Assembly (NCBI RefSeq): GCF_006345805.1
Contig: NC_042997.1
Span: forward strand, 73,904,001-73,968,000
Direction of reading: 5' to 3'
Length of the DNA stretch: 64,000 nt
Origin: Octopus sinensis
Taxonomy: Eukaryota
This document shows positions 41,202 to 55,868 of this stretch, one piece after another; the stretch's first letter is position 1; each line of letters opens with the position of its first letter. The translations under genes and the position numbers were made by a program. The notes below the pieces were generated by a model. That model was not told where the DNA came from, made no database searches, and was given only the letters and a program-made list of their open reading frames with translations.

Positions 41202-42499
41202 TCTCATCTCTTTCTTTTTTCCTTTTCTTTATTTCAATTTATTGCACAGCATCAGTGTAATGAATAACAAACTGAAGTAACATCAACAAGTAGGTTAACA
41301 TTCTTCTGACTCAGCCAAATATGACTTCCAAGTAAAGATTTATCTAACATTTTTAATATTATCATTTATTTATAAACTTGCAGTACAATGAAGTAGGATA
41401 TGAAAACAAGTGTCTAAAGAATTTTGTCTATTCTATTACTCCCCATAACTTGGGTATTTTCCAGTCCAAACTTTTATGACTATAAAGAAAATTCTCTGAG
41501 GATCCATCATCATCATTTAACATTTGTCTTCTATGTGTTGAACAGTTTGACAGAGTTCCACAAGCCAGAGGACAAGTCAAAGGATGATTTATTTGAATAT
41601 GGTTTCTTCTTAATGCCAACCCCTTTATAGAGTATACTGAGTACTTTTCTCACAGCACCAGCACTAGTGCAATTGCCAAGTAACTTACAAGACAAAGAAA
41701 AGACTTTCAACTGAGTGGAGTTATAGCAGTAAAGGAGACGGTTTTATGCCAGGTATTGAGGCTAAAGTGTAACAGAGAGACAGGTGCAAGTGTCTTGTTA
41801 TACAGGAGATACATGGCTACCCAGCATTATATAAGAATGAGTAGGAGTAAGTGGAAAGAAGACAATGATGGTGATGACAAGGTGTTAGAGAGTACTCTCA
41901 AGATACAAGAAGATAAGTATAAGAAAGAATTGGCAAAGGCGGGTGAATAAGTTCATTAGAGCATGAAAGGAAAGTGACAGATGATTAGAGATGGAGTAGA
42001 GGTGAATGTAGTGAATAGATCAAGAGTGGAGATACTATCAATGGAATATATCAGATGAAAGAATGGGAATGGCTCAAGAAAGAAGAGATAATATGTGGCA
42101 GTAATACAACAAACCTGTAGGTAGATCAGCAAATATGTAGAAGATGTGTGAAAGGGACGGGTGAGGTGCAAGAATGAGTGATGTACAGCGAGAAATGGAT
42201 GTCAGAGGTACATAGGGGTAACTATAGTAAGTAGGGGATAAAGGTGTGGGAGGTCAATAACAGCACATTTGACAGTGTGATGAGAATGGCAGCAGAGAAG
42301 GTGTTAAAGATAAGATAATAGCAGTCATAAGATGTACCTCAAGTAGGAACAGAAAGAAGTAAACAATGGAAAATAAAGTGAGAAAGGATTATACTGAGAA
42401 TGATGTTGACAAAATATTGAAAAGAATTTTAAAAGGAAGTGGTTCTAGAGAGATAGAGAGAGAAAGGAACTTGGTAGCACAAAGAAGGATGAAATATGA

Positions 42500-44100
42500 G
42501 CATATTCTGCCTTCATATGATTATATTATAGGAACTAAATAGTGCCATATACAGAAGAGTGGAAGGATGGGTGTTAGGAAGATGAAAATGAGAATGATAT
42601 GACAGGGACAGACTGGGTGTGGAGGCAGTGCCCAGTACATTTAGAGACTTAAAAATAATGCTTTTAGCACCTGTCTCCTTGAGACAGATAGTATTCTTGA
42701 GTAGAGCAAATTGCCAATCATCCCAATTCTTTGTCATGTCTACAAGGTTCAACATCCTGAGATCAGCCCTCGCTACTTTTTTTGTGTCTCCCTGGGTCTC
42801 TCTTTTCCACAAGCTCCACCTACATTTAGTGATTGGTGCTTCATTATACAGCTGTTCTCATCCATATGCATCAACATGGCCATTGAGTGCAGTCAACTTA
42901 CTTGAACATTACATCTGATTCTACTTACATTCAATTTTCCTGTCACCATATTTGCACTTTATTGTAAATGCACACTGACATACAATCAAAAAGCACATTA
43001 GCTTCATTCCTGCATTTATGATTCATGTCTCATAACCATACGGCATTGTTCCTTTTCACAGATATCATATAATGTGCTTTTTACCCAGACAGAAAGACCT
43101 TTGTTGCCAAACTTTCTGCATCCGATTCTTATTTTAGTAACAATGCTTTCAAAGTATCCTTCTCCACTGCTGATTAGATCACCTAGGTAACAGAAACTAT
43201 CTGCCACCACAAAGGATCCTCCTGGGCTTTCAAGAAAATCTATTTTCTGTGAGTTCTTAGTGTTTATTAACCCTACACATCTGCATACAGAGTCTACTTT
43301 CTCTGGAAACCTTCTTGTGATTCCACTGCTCATCTTGTGTCCATAGCTTGTACTGGGTACATCAAATAAAATTTTTACCTACACTTTTCCTACTCACCAA
43401 ACAAAGCTATTTTCCTGAAGTAAATGAAATCTTAACTGTTTTCCTGCTAACTATAACTTTACTCTTCACTGAGTCTAAAGCCCTTTGATACCAGGTTTTG
43501 CTTCCAAACTTAGAATTTCTTTTTCAGCTCTACTACAGATTTCTCTATGAGAATGAGGTTATCAGCACATAGCAGTTATTAGGAACAACTTGTCTTAAAT
43601 TCCTCTGTTATTGCAAAAGGATAATGTAAAATAGGAGGGAACAAGAACTGAGAACTGAGCCCTGGTAAACTCCTGCCTGTACCCTAAATTTGGTACTGTA
43701 CTCATTGCTAACTCTCACCTTACTGCCAGCATACCTGTACATTGCCTGTATGACTCTCACAAACCATTCATCTACCTCCATCTTCCTCAAGGACTGCCAG
43801 ATCACAAAGTGAGATATCTTGTTGGAGGCTTTCTCCACATTGATGAATGCTAAGTAGAATGGCTTACTTTTAGCCATATACTTCTCCTGAAGTTGTTTTA
43901 TTTGAAAGAGGACATCAGTAATGCTTTTTACTTGACACAAAATCCAAATTTATATTATACTATAACTCTTTCACTAAAAGGTAATCTTTATATCCAACTT
44001 AACACCAAATACTGTTTAACTAGCCTTGAGGGATCCTCCCGGCATGCACTCCAACTGATAATTTCCAGTAGGATGAAATCATCTGATATAAGAGTTCTGG
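42500..44100 (-). mobile_element. Decayed RTE LINE fragments
   Basis: YLAFINVEKA, GVYQGSVLS, VADSFCYLGDLIS and ADLRMLNL peptides. Confidence 0.7.
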
Positions 44101-44944
44101 CACCCATGACATGATTCATGTCTACTGCAATCTATGAGTGTGATTTTAAGCACCAAGCACCTATATAAAAGGATCTCTCAAGGCTAATAATGCAGTATTC
44201 AATATTCCAACAAGACATTCATGTTACATTGGATATAAAGCTTACCTTATGTTATTAATACTGTTTCCATCACTAATAAATAATCTATCAGTAACTTTCA
44301 TGACCTGGCTCAGTAATTTGGTAATTTGACACTTCTGTCGTTGCTTCTATCCTTATAAAAATTTACTATAACATTACATGGATAATGGAAAATGAAATTT
44401 AATAGTTGAAATGAAATAGTTATTTTTTTAACTGCTGAGAGCACTAGTAAATAAACAACCAGCAAAAAAAATAAGTAGTAATGAATAAATAAATATTATA
44501 ACTTTCTCTTCCAGAGAAGTGTATGTCAATAAATATATGTTTATTAATAATAAACTACTATTTACTGACATACGCTTCACTAGAAAAGATCACTCCTTCA
44601 GATGCATCATTCTTAATATATTTATTGCACAAGAGCATAGGAACATGAGTTACATGTATTACTCTGAATGATTGTTCAAATGAAATATCTTTTTTAATAA
44701 AGAAAAACTACTGGCACTATCATTATCACTACCACCATTAACACCAAAACTACAATGCTTCAACAAAGATAATGCCAGTATCACCACTACCATACTATTG
44801 GTGTTGCTATAATAGCCAGCATCACTACTATCTAAACCAATACCAAACCACTACGTTTATAACTATTATATCCCATTCCTCGCAATCCACTACCAAACCA
44901 CCATAACTATCACATACACTATATACTGAGACAAACATACTTAC

Positions 44945-45223
44945 CTTTGTCAGGATGAACAGTGACTGTATCTCTCTGAGAGAAAATTCTTTTGTCATTA
45001 ACTCCCGTATAAAAGCACGTCATAACAGCAAATGAAGTTTCAACAGTCCGAAGAATGGATTTTGAATGTATCTTAAGCCCAACAGTAAAGCTATTACCAA
45101 GAATTGCTTTCTTTAATTCAACAACTTCAAAGGAGACATCTTCTACTTCTCCATAGATCTCTTCATGTTCTGAACAGGTATTCCTGCATGCTTTTGCCAC
45201 CGCATGCCTTTCTTCCTGAGATC
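44945..45223 (-). CDS. Transglutaminase exon (core to C-terminal barrel 1)
   Basis: (G)SQEERHAVAKACRNTCSEHEEIYGEVEDVSFEV...CFYTGVNDKRIFSQRDTVTVHPDK; ttttatAG acceptor, GTAAGT donor; phase 1-1. Confidence 0.93.
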
Positions 45224-45795
45224 CTATAAAAGAAAGCAGGAATATATTAAACATTACATATAATGATTTAGGATAAAGAAAGAGTTTATCATCAGCATCA
45301 GCATCATTTTATGCTATTTTTTCATACTGCTGTGAGTTGGAAAATTCTTATAGCATCTCACTATTCATTATTACTCTTCACAAGGAGGTGTGACCATTTT
45401 TCATTGCATATGTCTTCTATCTTGCTTGTTTTTACAGCTGGCCAGCTCTCCTATCAACAACCATTTTATAGAGTAGACTAAATACATTTCATCATGCCAC
45501 CAGCACTCGAGATGTTCTCTGCAGCAAAAAATAAATGGCCTCTATTTTCCTGTGTCTTTTATCACTTTCAATTGTGCCTTCCTTCTTTTGTAGGTCATAA
45601 AATTGTATATGATTGTGTCCCAATGAACCAAATGACATTTATAAATGGTGGCTGTTTCATAAAGTCCAGAGTAATGGAAATACAAAATCTTAGCAAAATT
45701 CAAATTCTCAATATCATAGCACTGAACTTGACCTGTTTAACTATCTATTTTGGTTCTTTATTATCTCCTTCAATCTATAAAATACAGAGACAATG

Positions 45796-45826
<31 letters not shown>

Positions 45827-46964
45827 TTAATATCTATATTCCATGCTAGCATGGATAGGACAGTAAATTTCTTGTATGATATTTTAAACTTTACAATGAG
45901 CCAAAAAGTTTTTAAAGTATGACTCATCCTGCTAGAAATAACAGTCAGCTGTCCCTCAAATTACATCCTACGATTCTAGATGTCCATAAGATTAAAATAC
46001 TTCATCACAGGCCTTATTCTGTAAGAGCTGATCTCTAGATAACAATAAGAACAAACCATTAATTATCTTATTTATCTCTTGTTTTATATTACAATTAAAG
46101 AGTGTTTTTGTGGAATAATAACATTGTTCCACAATGTTGTTACAGTGACTGCACTTATTGTACTCAGTTAAGCTAGGTTTCTTTGTCGTTGTCTAATAAC
46201 AAAGTTCCTTCTAACCACCCATTCAATCTACTCATTGTGCATTTAATCTAGCCACTAAAAGTAATCATTGCAACGTTTTTGTTATTTAATTTTGAAGTGG
46301 AAAATTAGTTTCAACAAGGTTTTTTCTTTTATATATTTCTCAGTGTTTTCAGGTACAGCTTAGCTTCAAGATCAGGAATTCAAATACATATACCAGCTTG
46401 ATTTAATATCAAATATTATCATCATATCACTAATATTATCATCATTATCATCATATCACTAATATCATCATCATCATCGTTGTCACTAACCATCACTATT
46501 TCATCATTGCTTTAATATTTGTTCTTTACATGTTGACATAGGTTGAACAGGACAACAAAAGAACCTTTCTTCATTGTTTTGTATCTTAGATAAAGTATTC
46601 TGAGGTCAGAGCAAACTACTTCACTCCCAACCATCCCTTTCTATATGACTGTCTTCCAACAACATCAATATATAGTTTTTCCTTCCCAGAATGGAAGCTA
46701 TCATTCGTATATTTCATATCCATGCTAACATAGTCACCTCTCATAATTATGACACCTAAGCATTTATTTTTTCAAATGAGTTATAGAGATGTTGATGGGC
46801 CATAATAAATGCCTTGTCCCTTCATCTTCTATTTACAAATCCTTTACACTTCATTTTCCCCAAGTTGATAAAGTATTGGGCTTCAACTAAATAGTTGACT
46901 AAAGCCCTATCTTACAGAGCTTGGATTTGCATCTTGTCCAAAAATCATTATAATAGTATCTTAC

Positions 46965-47094
46965 CTTCTTTATATTTATAGAGATGGGTGATGTCTTCCC
47001 GCTCCACACTTCCAACTGCTTTAGTACTAATAAACTTGCCAACAGCAGATTTGTCAATATGAACAGACTTCACTTCTCCTGTTTTACTATTAAT
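46965..47094 (-). CDS. Transglutaminase exon (end of core)
   Basis: INSKTGEVKSVHIDKSAVGKFISTKAVGSVEREDITHLYKYKE(G), matching the TGase ISTKAVG..REDIT..YKY.EGS motif; AG/GTAAG sites in phase. Confidence 0.95.
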
Positions 47095-48039
47095 CTTAAT
47101 AAATGATATAAAGAACAACAGAAGTATATGAGAATGTGTATGCACATTTTTGCATGTTCAGAGTCTAATTTGAAGTATATATTAGCTGCTAGTAAATCTA
47201 CAGAGAACCAGGTGTATTGTTTTATACAAGGGTAGTGTTCATACATCGTGAACACCTACAATATATGTTGTACAATATAGATCATTATGAAGCAATAAAC
47301 TTTACTCATAATAGATAGTGTGCAGATGACAATCACATAACCATTTTATATCCTTTCCTTCAAATTTTTATTATTCTATGATTAGCAAAGCAATCCCTTC
47401 TCTGCTGATGTACACCACCACTATCTATACCAAGTTTAATGCATTTGCTTTCCATTTTCTCATTTATGTACAGAGTTCACCGTCATACTCTTTAATGAAA
47501 AGATATTTTGCAGAATCCAGCAATGGTGTTTTCCCATTTTTTTGGAAACAGTTTTGCTAATAATTTTCTATAGTTACAATGTAGTTATCATAGATTTGTA
47601 GGAATTACAAAAGTTGTATATTGTGTATATTTAAAACCCATGGCAATTCTGCATTCACAAATTCTAAACTTATCCATTTTACCCATCTTCTTCATTGTTG
47701 GTCATTGAAGATGGTAGTGGAAACAGTGGCCATGACAGTTTTGTCGTCATTATCATCATCATCATCATCATCAATATTATCATCATTAACGTTTTTCTGT
47801 CATAGCTTCAGTAGGTCAGAACAGCATATTTCATTTTCTATGGCAACTTATCTTGTAAGGCACACAATACTCTGATCTCACCTCACAATTTCTTCCTGTT
47901 TTCATTGTTTCCCCTTCACCCCTTAGCAAATTTAATGTCTTTAAAGAGAATATTGCATAACTCAGACCAAGCAATATCTTTTTACAAGATACACAATAGT
48001 GGATGCAAAAAGAAATCAAAATGTTATGTCTTTACTTAC

Positions 48040-48155
48040 CTTCCAGAATACTTTGTCACCATTAACCTCAGAAAAGATGAATGGAGTGTCATAATTAATG
48101 AACACATCACCCTCTTTAATGGCTTTCACTGGACATGGTCCACAGCGCATCAAGC
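48040..48155 (-). CDS. Transglutaminase exon (core)
   Basis: (G)[38 protein letters not shown]; aatAG acceptor, GTAAGT donor; phase matches the previous exon. Confidence 0.95.
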
Positions 48156-48532
48156 CTATTTCATTATAATCAAAAATATACATTATTTACTTTGTTAATT
48201 CAGAATTATATGAAGGACCCTATACAGTCAAAATGCTACCAGACATCATTTGAAATTGGGCTTTCATAAAAGAAAACAATGATTCAATAATTCTCAATCA
48301 TGGCTCGCTAAAAAAGTCTGGTTTGGACTTTAATGAACTGAAGGTGGGAATAAAAACATCATTGACCTGGAAAGTCAAAAACAAAAGACACTCTGTACAA
48401 AGGGATAATGAGCAAGAAGTATTCATGGCATGTATGGTATGGTGAAGGGTGATGTAGGAGGGGAGTGACAGAGAAGAGGGATGGAAAGGACAGTGAGAAG
48501 GTTGCTAATTTGCAAAGAAGTATATATATATA

Positions 48533-49377
48533 CTAGCAGAATTGCCCGGCGTTGCTCGGGGCTAAATTGCTTGAAAGTACTGTTAATGATTGCACTGAAT
48601 TATGATGATTATTCAGGCAAATATTGATATAAGTTTACGGTGGGAGATAAGGACTTAACGATCAAACGTGTGCCATTGCATTGTTTTGGGGGAACCAAAT
48701 ATTGATGAGCATTATAGGGGCACCAACTTTAAGTTTGAGAAAGTGTGGTGGTAGCCCGGGGTGCTCAAAGGAATTTAGTACCTCTATTGGATAGTTGATG
48801 ACGTCCTCTGGGTCAGGAGTTGTATCGATAGACTGATATACATAGACTTCCCCAGGAATGAGTTTTAGCATTTCATCATTAATATGGTAAACAGTTTTAT
48901 TCCTCGGGGCCAGTATAGCCTTTTTGCCAATCCAATCCATATTCTGATAATTAGCTTGTAGATCTGGGAACACTGCATCTCTGAGATCAGAAGGCGTCTT
49001 AACAAAGGTACAAATGGAATCGATGGCAATATTACCAGTTTCATCCCTTGGTATTTTGCCTTCGCCAAATGCAAGGAGGGTGTGAGGAAATGCTGCTGAT
49101 GTGATATTATGTCGCATATGAGCACGCATATTGGTGTGAAGTTTGAGAGTTACTTCCCTTTATTAAAAAAATATGCATTAAAATGGAAAAAAATGATGGT
49201 AAATTATTTGTAAAATCGTAGACTCATCGTAGACGCGCGCTAATACCCAGAAGGGCTCGATATGAATCACGACTATAAGATACCCGGTTTTGGTTAAACT
49301 GCATCGCAAAATGTGGGAGTAGTTAGGAATCTAAATCGGAGTAGACAGACACACAACCTTTCTTTTATATATAAAGA
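48533..49377 (-). mobile_element. Helitron with PIF1-type helicase fragment
   Basis: A|TC 5' end, CCCGAGCAACGCCGGG hairpin plus CTAG|T 3' end. ORF 48662-49129 has LLAFGEG, AILAPRN and LKLKVGAPIML motifs. Confidence 0.9.
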
Positions 49378-49378
49378 T

Positions 49379-50235
49379 TTTCGTCCTAAAAAACTTTGTA
49401 TGGATTGAATGGTTACCTCTATGGAAATATATACACGCACATTATACATACATGTATGTATAGATGAATATATAAATACATTTAAGAATCTATATACACT
49501 TTTGGGCGATCTTTCTTTTTCTTAGAGATAACTTTAGATCTTATTTTCGTCCTAAAAAACTTTGTATGGAGTGAATGGTTACCTCTATGGAAATATATAC
49601 ACACACGTTATACATACATGTGTGCATAGATGAATATATAAATACATTTATATATCTATATATACTTTTGGGCGATCTTTCTGCTACTTAGAGATAACTT
49701 TAGATCTTATATTCGTCCTAAATAACTTTGTATGGAGTGAATGGTTACCTCTATGGAAATATATACACACACATTATACATACATCTGTGTATAGATGAA
49801 TATATAAATACATTTAAATATCTATATACACTTTTGGGCGATCTTTCTGCTACTTAGAGATAACTTTAGATCTTATTTTCGTCCTAAATAACTTTGTATG
49901 GAGTGAATGGTTACCTCTATGGAAATATATACACACACATTATACATACATCTGTGTATAGATGAATATATAAATACATTTAAGAATCTATATACACTTT
50001 TAGGCGATCTTTCTGCTACTTAGAGATAACTTTAGATCTTATATTCGTCCTAAATAACTTTGTATGGAGTGAATGGTTACCTCTATGGAAATATATACAC
50101 ACACATTATACATACATCTGTGTATAGATGAATATATAAATACATTTAAATATCTATATACACTTTTGGGCGATCTTTCTGCTACTTGGATATACTTTAG
50201 ATCTTATATTCGTCCTAAAAAACTTTGTATGAATT
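49379..50235. repeat. Tandem repeat, 166-bp unit, about 5 copies
   Basis: CGTCCTAAA recurs at 49382, 49548, 49714, 49880, 50046 and 50211. Confidence 0.95.
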
Positions 50236-50566
50236 GAAAAAGAAAAGGAATTGAAATTTTTAAGAAAGGAATTTGTTTACATACATGTGTGAAATGGCAA
50301 ATGTTTGTGCAGTTGTCCGAAATGGAACCAGGGTAAATGTGTGGAACTGATGTATAATAATGAATAGTCTTCTTGTTGTGAATATTAATTTGATGAATAT
50401 GAACTGAAAACCAGTGGTGTAGCATAGGTGATCTTCTTCTAGCAAAAAGGATGACCAGTCTGACTGGCTCATCCCTGTCACACACTCACACACACGCACA
50501 CACACACACACACACACAAACACGCACCCTCACACACACACACACGCACACACACACTCACACACA

Positions 50567-50597
<31 letters not shown>

Positions 50598-51248
50598 GTT
50601 AGCTTACAATTTTATTTATATATTTGCGTGTCTATGTGTGTAAATAGGAAGTGGGAGTAAAGGCTTTGAAGGGAAAGAGTGAAATGGTAGTTTTCTCGAA
50701 TTTTTTCTGAAATGGGGGTAAAATTGAAAGAAATTTTGTATGCCATGACCGAATGGAAGTACTTTGAAAAATCATAGGTAAACTCTAATTGAAGAAATTG
50801 TGTGAGGAGTAAATCGTTATGTATTTATTTGTTTCTGTTTGCTCTGTTTTTTTTTGAGTAGTGGTTTAAGGTACACTTGCAAAGAGAAAGTATGAGAAAT
50901 TATGGTGATAGCATGAGTGATCCGTTTTATATAAATACTTTCACTTTAATCGTTGCACACTTGCAAAGAGAAAGGAGGAGAAATGAGGGTCATAGCATGA
51001 GTGAAGCAGATCGCTCCGTTTTTGTGTGTGTGTGCTGTAGCCCACACTAAGAAAAGCACTTGACTTACACACCACAATGTGAGTTTTCTCGAAATTTTGC
51101 TTAATTGGGGTTGAAAAATTGTACCTGGCACGACCCAATGCATTCTACTCTTAAAAATGCTAGGTAAATTGTAATTGAAGAAATCCTATATTGTAGATTT
51201 CTATAAGAGACAAAGGGAGGCAGATAAAATCTGCCTTTTATAATAAGA

Positions 51249-51635
51249 CTAGCAGTATCGCCCGGCGTTGCTCGGGTTGTAAGGGAAATAACTATATAAG
51301 CATTTTTAGAGAGTTATAGCCAAAAAATAGCAAAAAAATGCATTAAAAATTGAAAAAAAATTAAGGTAAATTTTTTTTTTAAATCGTTGACACATCGTAG
51401 ATATTTTTAGAGAGTTACTTCCCTTATATAAAAGCGAAAAAAATGCATTAAAATGGAAAAATATGATGGTAATTTTTTTTAAAATCGTAGACTCATCGTA
51501 GACGCGCGCTAATACCCAGAAGGGCTCGATATGAATCACGACTATAAGATACCCGCTTTTGGTTAAACTGCACGGCAAAATGTGGGAGTAGTAAATCGAA
51601 GGGGACAGACACACAACTTCACTCTTATATAAAGA
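51249..51635 (-). mobile_element. Short non-autonomous Helitron (family of 48533-49377)
   Basis: A|TCTTTATATAAG 5' end, same hairpin and CTAG 3' end; shares ~200 bp of 5' sequence with 49150-49377. Confidence 0.88.
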
Positions 51636-52714
51636 TGCTTTTTTTTTTTTCAGTCATAGAGTTAGATTTATGAAGGTCTTCAGTAGAAAATCCTTCGATT
51701 TCTGACTCGCTGCTTGATATAATGAAATTCGTATCCATTTTTTGTCAGAATTACAAATTTTGAAAACACAATAGGAACAAATTTCGGAAAAAAATCTCCC
51801 ATAATTCACGGAGTTAAAATTACACTTCGATTTTTGTACAAAACTGTATTTGAAGTGTTTACGAAGTATAATACGTGTTTTCACGAATGTACTAAAGAGA
51901 TTTACTCTGATATTCTCATTTAAATATGAATAGGTAAATTCGGGCGGTTTGGTAACGAAAGGGTTTATATAAGTGTCGTCTGTTTATACATAAACACTGT
52001 TTCATACTTTCAGTTTAGTCTTGCTCAAATCACTCTGTCGCTAATTTACTCTCTTCCAAGAACATTTTCACTCACTGTTATCTGTTAGCTTCCCATACAT
52101 TTTACTCATGTATCTATCAGCGTGATAGACAGAAACAAATATTACATTTACTTTCATTTTATTCGTCGCACACTGTGTGTGTGCGTTTGCATGTGGTGTA
52201 AACCAGACTAAGAAAAGCATTTGACACACACACCAGAATGTGAGTTTTCTGTAAATTTTGCTTAATTGGAGTTTAAATTTTAAAAACTGGACCTGGCATT
52301 ACGCGATGCATTGTACTCTCAAAAATGCTAGGTAAATTGTAATTGAAGAAATCCTATATTGTAGATTTGTATAACTCCCAAAGGGAGGCAGATAAAATCT
52401 GCCTTTTATAATAAGATATATATATATATATTATATATATATATATATATACCCATTTGAGGTAAAACATTATTATTGTTCACTGATATTTTTTCCTATC
52501 TTGTCTGGTGACTTTTCGGTGGTACAGAAGTATTTTTTGACTTCTATTATGAGCGATATAGGTACTCATTTAGTACCCTTATGTATATATGTACATATCT
52601 AATATTGTATGTATATATTTTATTAATTTGCCTGTACGGCTAATAATTCGCTTAACACTTGTGATGGTATTTTAATAATACCATCCCTATATTTATATAC
52701 ATATATAAACACCT

Positions 52715-53095
52715 TTACTTGTTTCAGTCATTTGACTGTGGCAATGCTGGAGCACCGCCTTTAGTCGAGCAAATTGACCCGAGGACTTATTCTTTGTAAA
52801 CCTAGTACTTATTCTACCAATCTCTTTTTGCCAAAGCACTAAATTACTGGGACATAAACACCAACATCAATTGCTAAGCAATGTTGGGGGAAACAAACAC
52901 AGACACACAAACACACATATATACATACATATATATATATACGACAGGCTTCTTTCAGTTTCCATCTACCAAATCCACTCACAAGGCTTTGGTCGGCCTA
53001 AGGCTATAGTAGAAGACACTTGCCCAAGGTGCCACACAGTGGGACTGAACCCAGAACTATGTGGTTGGTAAGCAAGCTACTTACCACACAGCTAC
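52715..53095 (-). mobile_element. tRNA-type SINE (family of 1-400)
   Basis: Sequence similarity to 1-400 and 30630-30992. Confidence 0.8.
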
Positions 53096-53119
53096 TCCTA
53101 TATATATATATATATATCC

Positions 53120-53670
53120 GCTCAGTCGAAGTCGACTCTCGGTTACTCATTGGATCAGTGTCCTTCAGTCAGTTCTATCCTGGGCTGCTTCTTTCAGATT
53201 GGCTATGTCTATTCTGGTATCACTCTTGATATTGTCAAGCCAGCGGGTTCTTGGTCGGCCTCTTCCTCTCTTGCCACTGACCATTCTGAGCATGATGTCC
53301 TTCTCCAGGGATTTTCTCCTCATAATATGACCAAAATATGCCAATCTATGCTTGGTGATCCTAGCTTCTAGCGACATTTTCAGCCTGATCTGCTTAAGAA
53401 CTTCTCCATTGGTGAGCCTCGCTGTCCATGGAATCCGTAAAAGTCTTCTCCAACACCAAAGCTCGAATGCATTAATTCTCTTCTGGTCAGCTTTCTTTAG
53501 TGTCCAGGTCTCGCATCCATATGTTGCTATTGGGAAGACAATTGCATTCACCAATCTGCATTTGGTAGTGAGTCTGATGTCTCTACTCTTCCAGATCCTA
53601 CTCATGCTGACCATTGCCTCTCTGCCTAATACTATCCGCCGTCTTATTTCTGGAGTGCAGTCACCATCAT
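53120..53670 (-). mobile_element. RTE/BovB-like LINE 3' fragment
   Basis: EIRRRI...YGCETWTL...FELWCWRRLLRIPWTAR...YFGHIMR...GRPRTRW. Confidence 0.88.
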
Positions 53671-53671
53671 C

Positions 53672-54416
53672 CTCATCATCATCATTGTTTAACGTCTGCT
53701 TTCCATGCTGGCATGGATTGGACGGTTTGACTGAGGACTGGCAAGCCAGGAGTCTGCACCAGACTCCAATCTGATTTGGCATGGTTTCTACAGCTGGATG
53801 CCCTTCATAACACCAACCACTCTGGGAGTGTAGTAGGTGCTTTTTATGTGCCACTGGCATAGGAACTAGTCATGCAGCACTGGCATTGACCATGCTCAAA
53901 TGGTGCTTTTTACATGCCACCAGCATGGGTGCCAGTTAGGTGGCACTGGCATCGGTCACACTCAAATGGTGCTTTTTACAGGCCACCGGCATGGGAGAAG
54001 TCAAGTGGTATTAGCATCAGCCACGCTCGAATGGTGCTTTTCATACACCAGTCAGCCAGCACTAGCATTGGCCATGCTTGAATGGTGCTTTTTACGTGCC
54101 ACTGGCACAGGTACGAGTCAGGCAGCACTGGCATCGGTTATGATTATGATTTTACTTGGTTCGACAGGTCTTCACAAGCATGGCATATTGCCCAACAATT
54201 GAAGGGTACTTTTAAATGGGTTAGTTATACAACAATGGCATCAGCCATGGCTAAGATGTCACTTGGCTTGCCAGATTTTCTCAAGCACAGTATATCTCCA
54301 AAGGCCTTGGTCATTTGTCATTGCCTCTGTGAGGTTCAATGTTCGAAGGTAGTGCTTCACCATCTCATCCCATGTCATTCTGGGTCTACCTCTTCCACAG
54401 GTTCTCTCCTCTATTA

Positions 54417-54494
<78 letters not shown>

Positions 54495-55290
54495 CATATA
54501 TGCATGTATGTATGTATAAATATATTCTTTTGTTCTTTTACTTGTTTCAGTTATTTGACTGCGGTCATGCAGGAGCACTACCTTGAGGGGTTTTAGCCAA
54601 ACAAATCAACCCCAGGACTTTAATATTGCTGCACCTCTTATGTGCCCATAGCTTACACTGGGTACATCTTATGGAGTTTCTATCTATGTCTTTTCTACAG
54701 ATCAAGCAGGGCCATCTATCTGAAGGGATTTGTGATTTGTTTGCCTTCCTACTTATTAAGACTTTGGTTTTTGCTAGATTGTCTCTAAGGCCCTTCGATT
54801 CTAGACCTAGCTTCCACACCTGAAATTTCTCCTCTAGTTCTGATAGTGACTCAGCTATTAGAGCAAGGTCATCAGCTTAGACGAGCTCCCAGAGGCATCC
54901 TGTCTTAAATTCCTCTGTTATTGCCTGTAGGACTATAATGAATAAGAGGGGACTGAGGACTGATCCTCGGTGGATCCTTATCCCTAGCTGGAATTCTTCA
55001 CTGTACTTATTGCCAACCATCACCTTACTGACAGCATCACTATACATGGCTTGTATAGCTCTCACTATACATGGCTTGTATAGCTCTCACTGACCACTCA
55101 CCTATCCCAAGTTTCCACATTGACCACCAGATAAGGGATCAGGAGGACCCTGTTAAAGGCTGGTATGACACCTTCATGTATCACCTGATTGACTATATGG
55201 ATGACTAGACTATAGCCGACACCACCAGATATTTTAAGCATCTCTGTGTTGATTCCTGATGGGCCATGAATACATAAATATATATATGCA
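53672..55290 (-). mobile_element. RTE LINE fragments with (GAT)n tail, interrupted by microsatellite and SINE pieces
   Basis: CGRGRPRMTWDEMVK, GSVLSPLLFIIVL and LRDNLAKTKVL peptides. Confidence 0.7.
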
Positions 55291-55467
55291 TATATATATA
55301 TATATATATAACAATTGCAGCGTGGAAGGTGTTTGTAAGCCATTTAAGAAACACACAAAAGCCGTTCGATTCACTTCAACATTTAAGTTTAATTTGTCAA
55401 AATATTTTCGTGGCTAAAATCCATGACCTGTTCACTGACAAAAATCCGTGCTGCATATATATATATA

Positions 55468-55868
55468 TATGGCACCTGTGTCGGTGGCACACAAGAAAAC
55501 ACCGAAAACACCATCCGAGCGTGGCCGTCTGCCAGCCTCGTCTGGCCCCTGTGTCGGTGGCACATAAAAAACACCATCCGAGCGTGGCCGTCTGCCAGCC
55601 TCATCTGGCACCTGTGTCGGTGGCACATAAAAAACACCATCCGAGCGTGGCCGTCTGCCAGCCTCGTCTGGCACTTGTGTCGGTGGCACATAAAATCACC
55701 CACTACACTCTCGGAGTGGTTGGCGTTAGGAAGGGTATCCAGCTGTAGAAACACTGCCAGATCTGACTGGCCTGGTGCAGCCTTCGGGCTTGCCAGACCC
55801 CAGTTGAACCGTCCAACCCATGCTAGCATGGAAAGCGGACGTTAAACGATGATGATGATGATGATGAT
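55468..55868 (+). mobile_element. RTE-type 3' end with about 3.5 copies of a ~61-bp tandem unit and (GAT)n tail
   Basis: GGCACCTGTGTCGGTGGCACATAAAAAACACCATCCGAGC units; same 3' end as 59530-59760. Confidence 0.8.
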
